From contig CAVTTN010000002.1 of assembly GCA_963737655.1 (NCBI GenBank), positions 5,696,001-5,760,000 on the forward strand: DNA of 64,000 nucleotides. The letters are read 5' to 3'. The translations under genes and the position numbers were made by a program. Positions 60,668 through 64,000 of this stretch are shown one piece after another. Position 1 is the stretch's first letter. Each line of letters opens with the position of its first letter. This DNA comes from an uncultured Planctomycetota bacterium. Lineage in GTDB: Bacteria > Planctomycetota > Planctomycetia > Isosphaerales > Isosphaeraceae. Under the pieces are notes generated by a model. The model had not been told where the DNA came from and ran no database searches. It worked only from the letters and a program-made list of their open reading frames with translations.

Positions 60668-61096
60668 ATGCCCGATATTCCGCCCCCGGACCCCGCCGAT
60701 CATGCCGAGGACTTCGCCCGTCGCTACGCGCGTGACCTCGACGCCTACTGCGCCGTCCGGATGGACGAATTAGGGATTCCCCAGCAGATCCAGGGGGCGG
60801 ATGACCTCCGCCCTCGCATGACGTGGTGCGCCTTCGATCCCCCCGGCCGGAGCGGCGGCAACATCTCCCGCGGGATCACCGTCAATTCCGGCGTCCTCAA
60901 CCCCGACCTGCTCAAAGGCCGAGGCCGCCGCGTCTGGGCAAAGGCGAGGCTCCGGGACCGCATCGACGCCGTGATCGCCCATGAATACGAGGAATCGCGG
61001 ACCGTCGATCACGACGCGGCCCTGAAAGCGGCGGCCAGGACCGGGCTCCCGGTCACGGACGGGGCGAGGCGCATCCTCCGGGCGATGGCGCGGTAG
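60668..61096 (+). CDS. Hypothetical protein with HExxE...H motif
   Basis: MPDIPPPDPADHAEDFA..RDRIDAVIAHEYEE..DHDAAL; strong GC3 bias. Confidence 0.65.
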   Translation: MPDIPPPDPADHAEDFARRYARDLDAYCAVRMDELGIPQQIQGADDLRPRMTWCAFDPPGRSGGNISRGITVNSGVLNPDLLKGRGRRVWAKARLRDRIDAVIAHEYEESRTVDHDAALKAAARTGLPVTDGARRILRAMAR

Positions 61097-63428
<2,332 letters not shown>

Positions 63429-63464
63429 GGGCGACCTCGATCGAGCGGAGCGGCGCCGGGTTCC

Positions 63465-63527
63465 GTCGGGCAGGCCTCGGCCTGCCGATTCGCGAGGACG
63501 GCAGGCCGAGCCGAGGCCCGCCCTGCG
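63465..63527. repeat. Degenerate family D REP doublet after guaB
   Basis: GTCGGGCAGGCCTCGGCCTGCCG ... CGGCAGGCCGAG(CCGAG)GCCCGCCCTGC. Confidence 0.75.
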
Positions 63528-63648
63528 AGGACGAGTTCGGTCCCTCCGGGAATCTGGCGGGTTGAGCTGTCTCTAGTTGATGGTCCGAATCGAAGCGAAT
63601 CGAAGCGAAGCGGTGGTCGAACCGGAAACGTCAGCAAGGAGGCGTGAC

Positions 63649-64000
63649 GTGCGTGGCCCCAGAACGGCCCTGGCCCTGATCGCGGTGGTCGCCACGACCG
63701 CCGTATCGGCCTCGATCCTACGAGCCCAGCAGGCGGCCGACGTCCCGGCGTCGGCCGATCGCTCCGGAGGCGATCCGGACTCGCCCTCGACGGCGCCCCG
63801 GACGGCCCGGCAGCTCCTGCGCAACGGGCTGGACTACCTCGACACGTACAAGGACCCGGAACGGGCCCTGACGTTCCTCCGGGCGGCCGAGGCGAAGCAG
63901 AAGGAGCTGCCGGAGTCCGACCGGAGGCGGCTGTCCCAGGGGATCGAGCGGGCCCGCCGCGGCCTCCGCGAGCCGTCCACGATGGGCGGGGCGCGGGTCG
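63649..64000 (+). CDS. Secreted helical/TPR-like protein, partial at window end
   Basis: AAGGAGG then GTG; signal peptide MRGPRTALALIAVVATT; ARQLLRNGLDYL. Confidence 0.7.
   Translation, partial: MRGPRTALALIAVVATTAVSASILRAQQAADVPASADRSGGDPDSPSTAPRTARQLLRNGLDYLDTYKDPERALTFLRAAEAKQKELPESDRRRLSQGIERARRGLREPSTMGGARV

Overview
High-GC chromosomal window that looks planctomycete, probably Isosphaerales. That assignment is inferred from a LExRxLL-type secretion motif, PEP-CTERM/HAF proteins, an FG-GAP/ASPIC-UnbV protein and Gly/Met-rich tails. Housekeeping genes are ispA-dxs, tilS, nadK, a DisA_N/DacZ-like cyclase, an iorAB-like pair, flhA-flhF-flhG-fliA and guaB. They are interleaved with secreted proteins, small toxin-antitoxin/immunity cassettes and their remnants, and about ten families of palindromic REP/MITE-like elements. 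About ten genes are frameshifted; the junctions I checked are single-base losses in G/C runs, most likely long-read consensus errors. The best novelty candidate is a two-gene insert at 4399-5511: a degenerate orphan ribosomal protein S11 with a replaced C-terminal tail, followed by a lower-GC nucleoside-deoxyribosyltransferase/TIR-like gene. Also notable are a tail-to-tail fusion of two Uma2 nuclease 5' stubs, an abutting convergent HExxE protein/tandem-repeat protein pair, and a classic MerR/TipA promoter. I saw no rRNA, tRNA, CRISPR array or transposase. All family calls come from motif recognition, not database searches.
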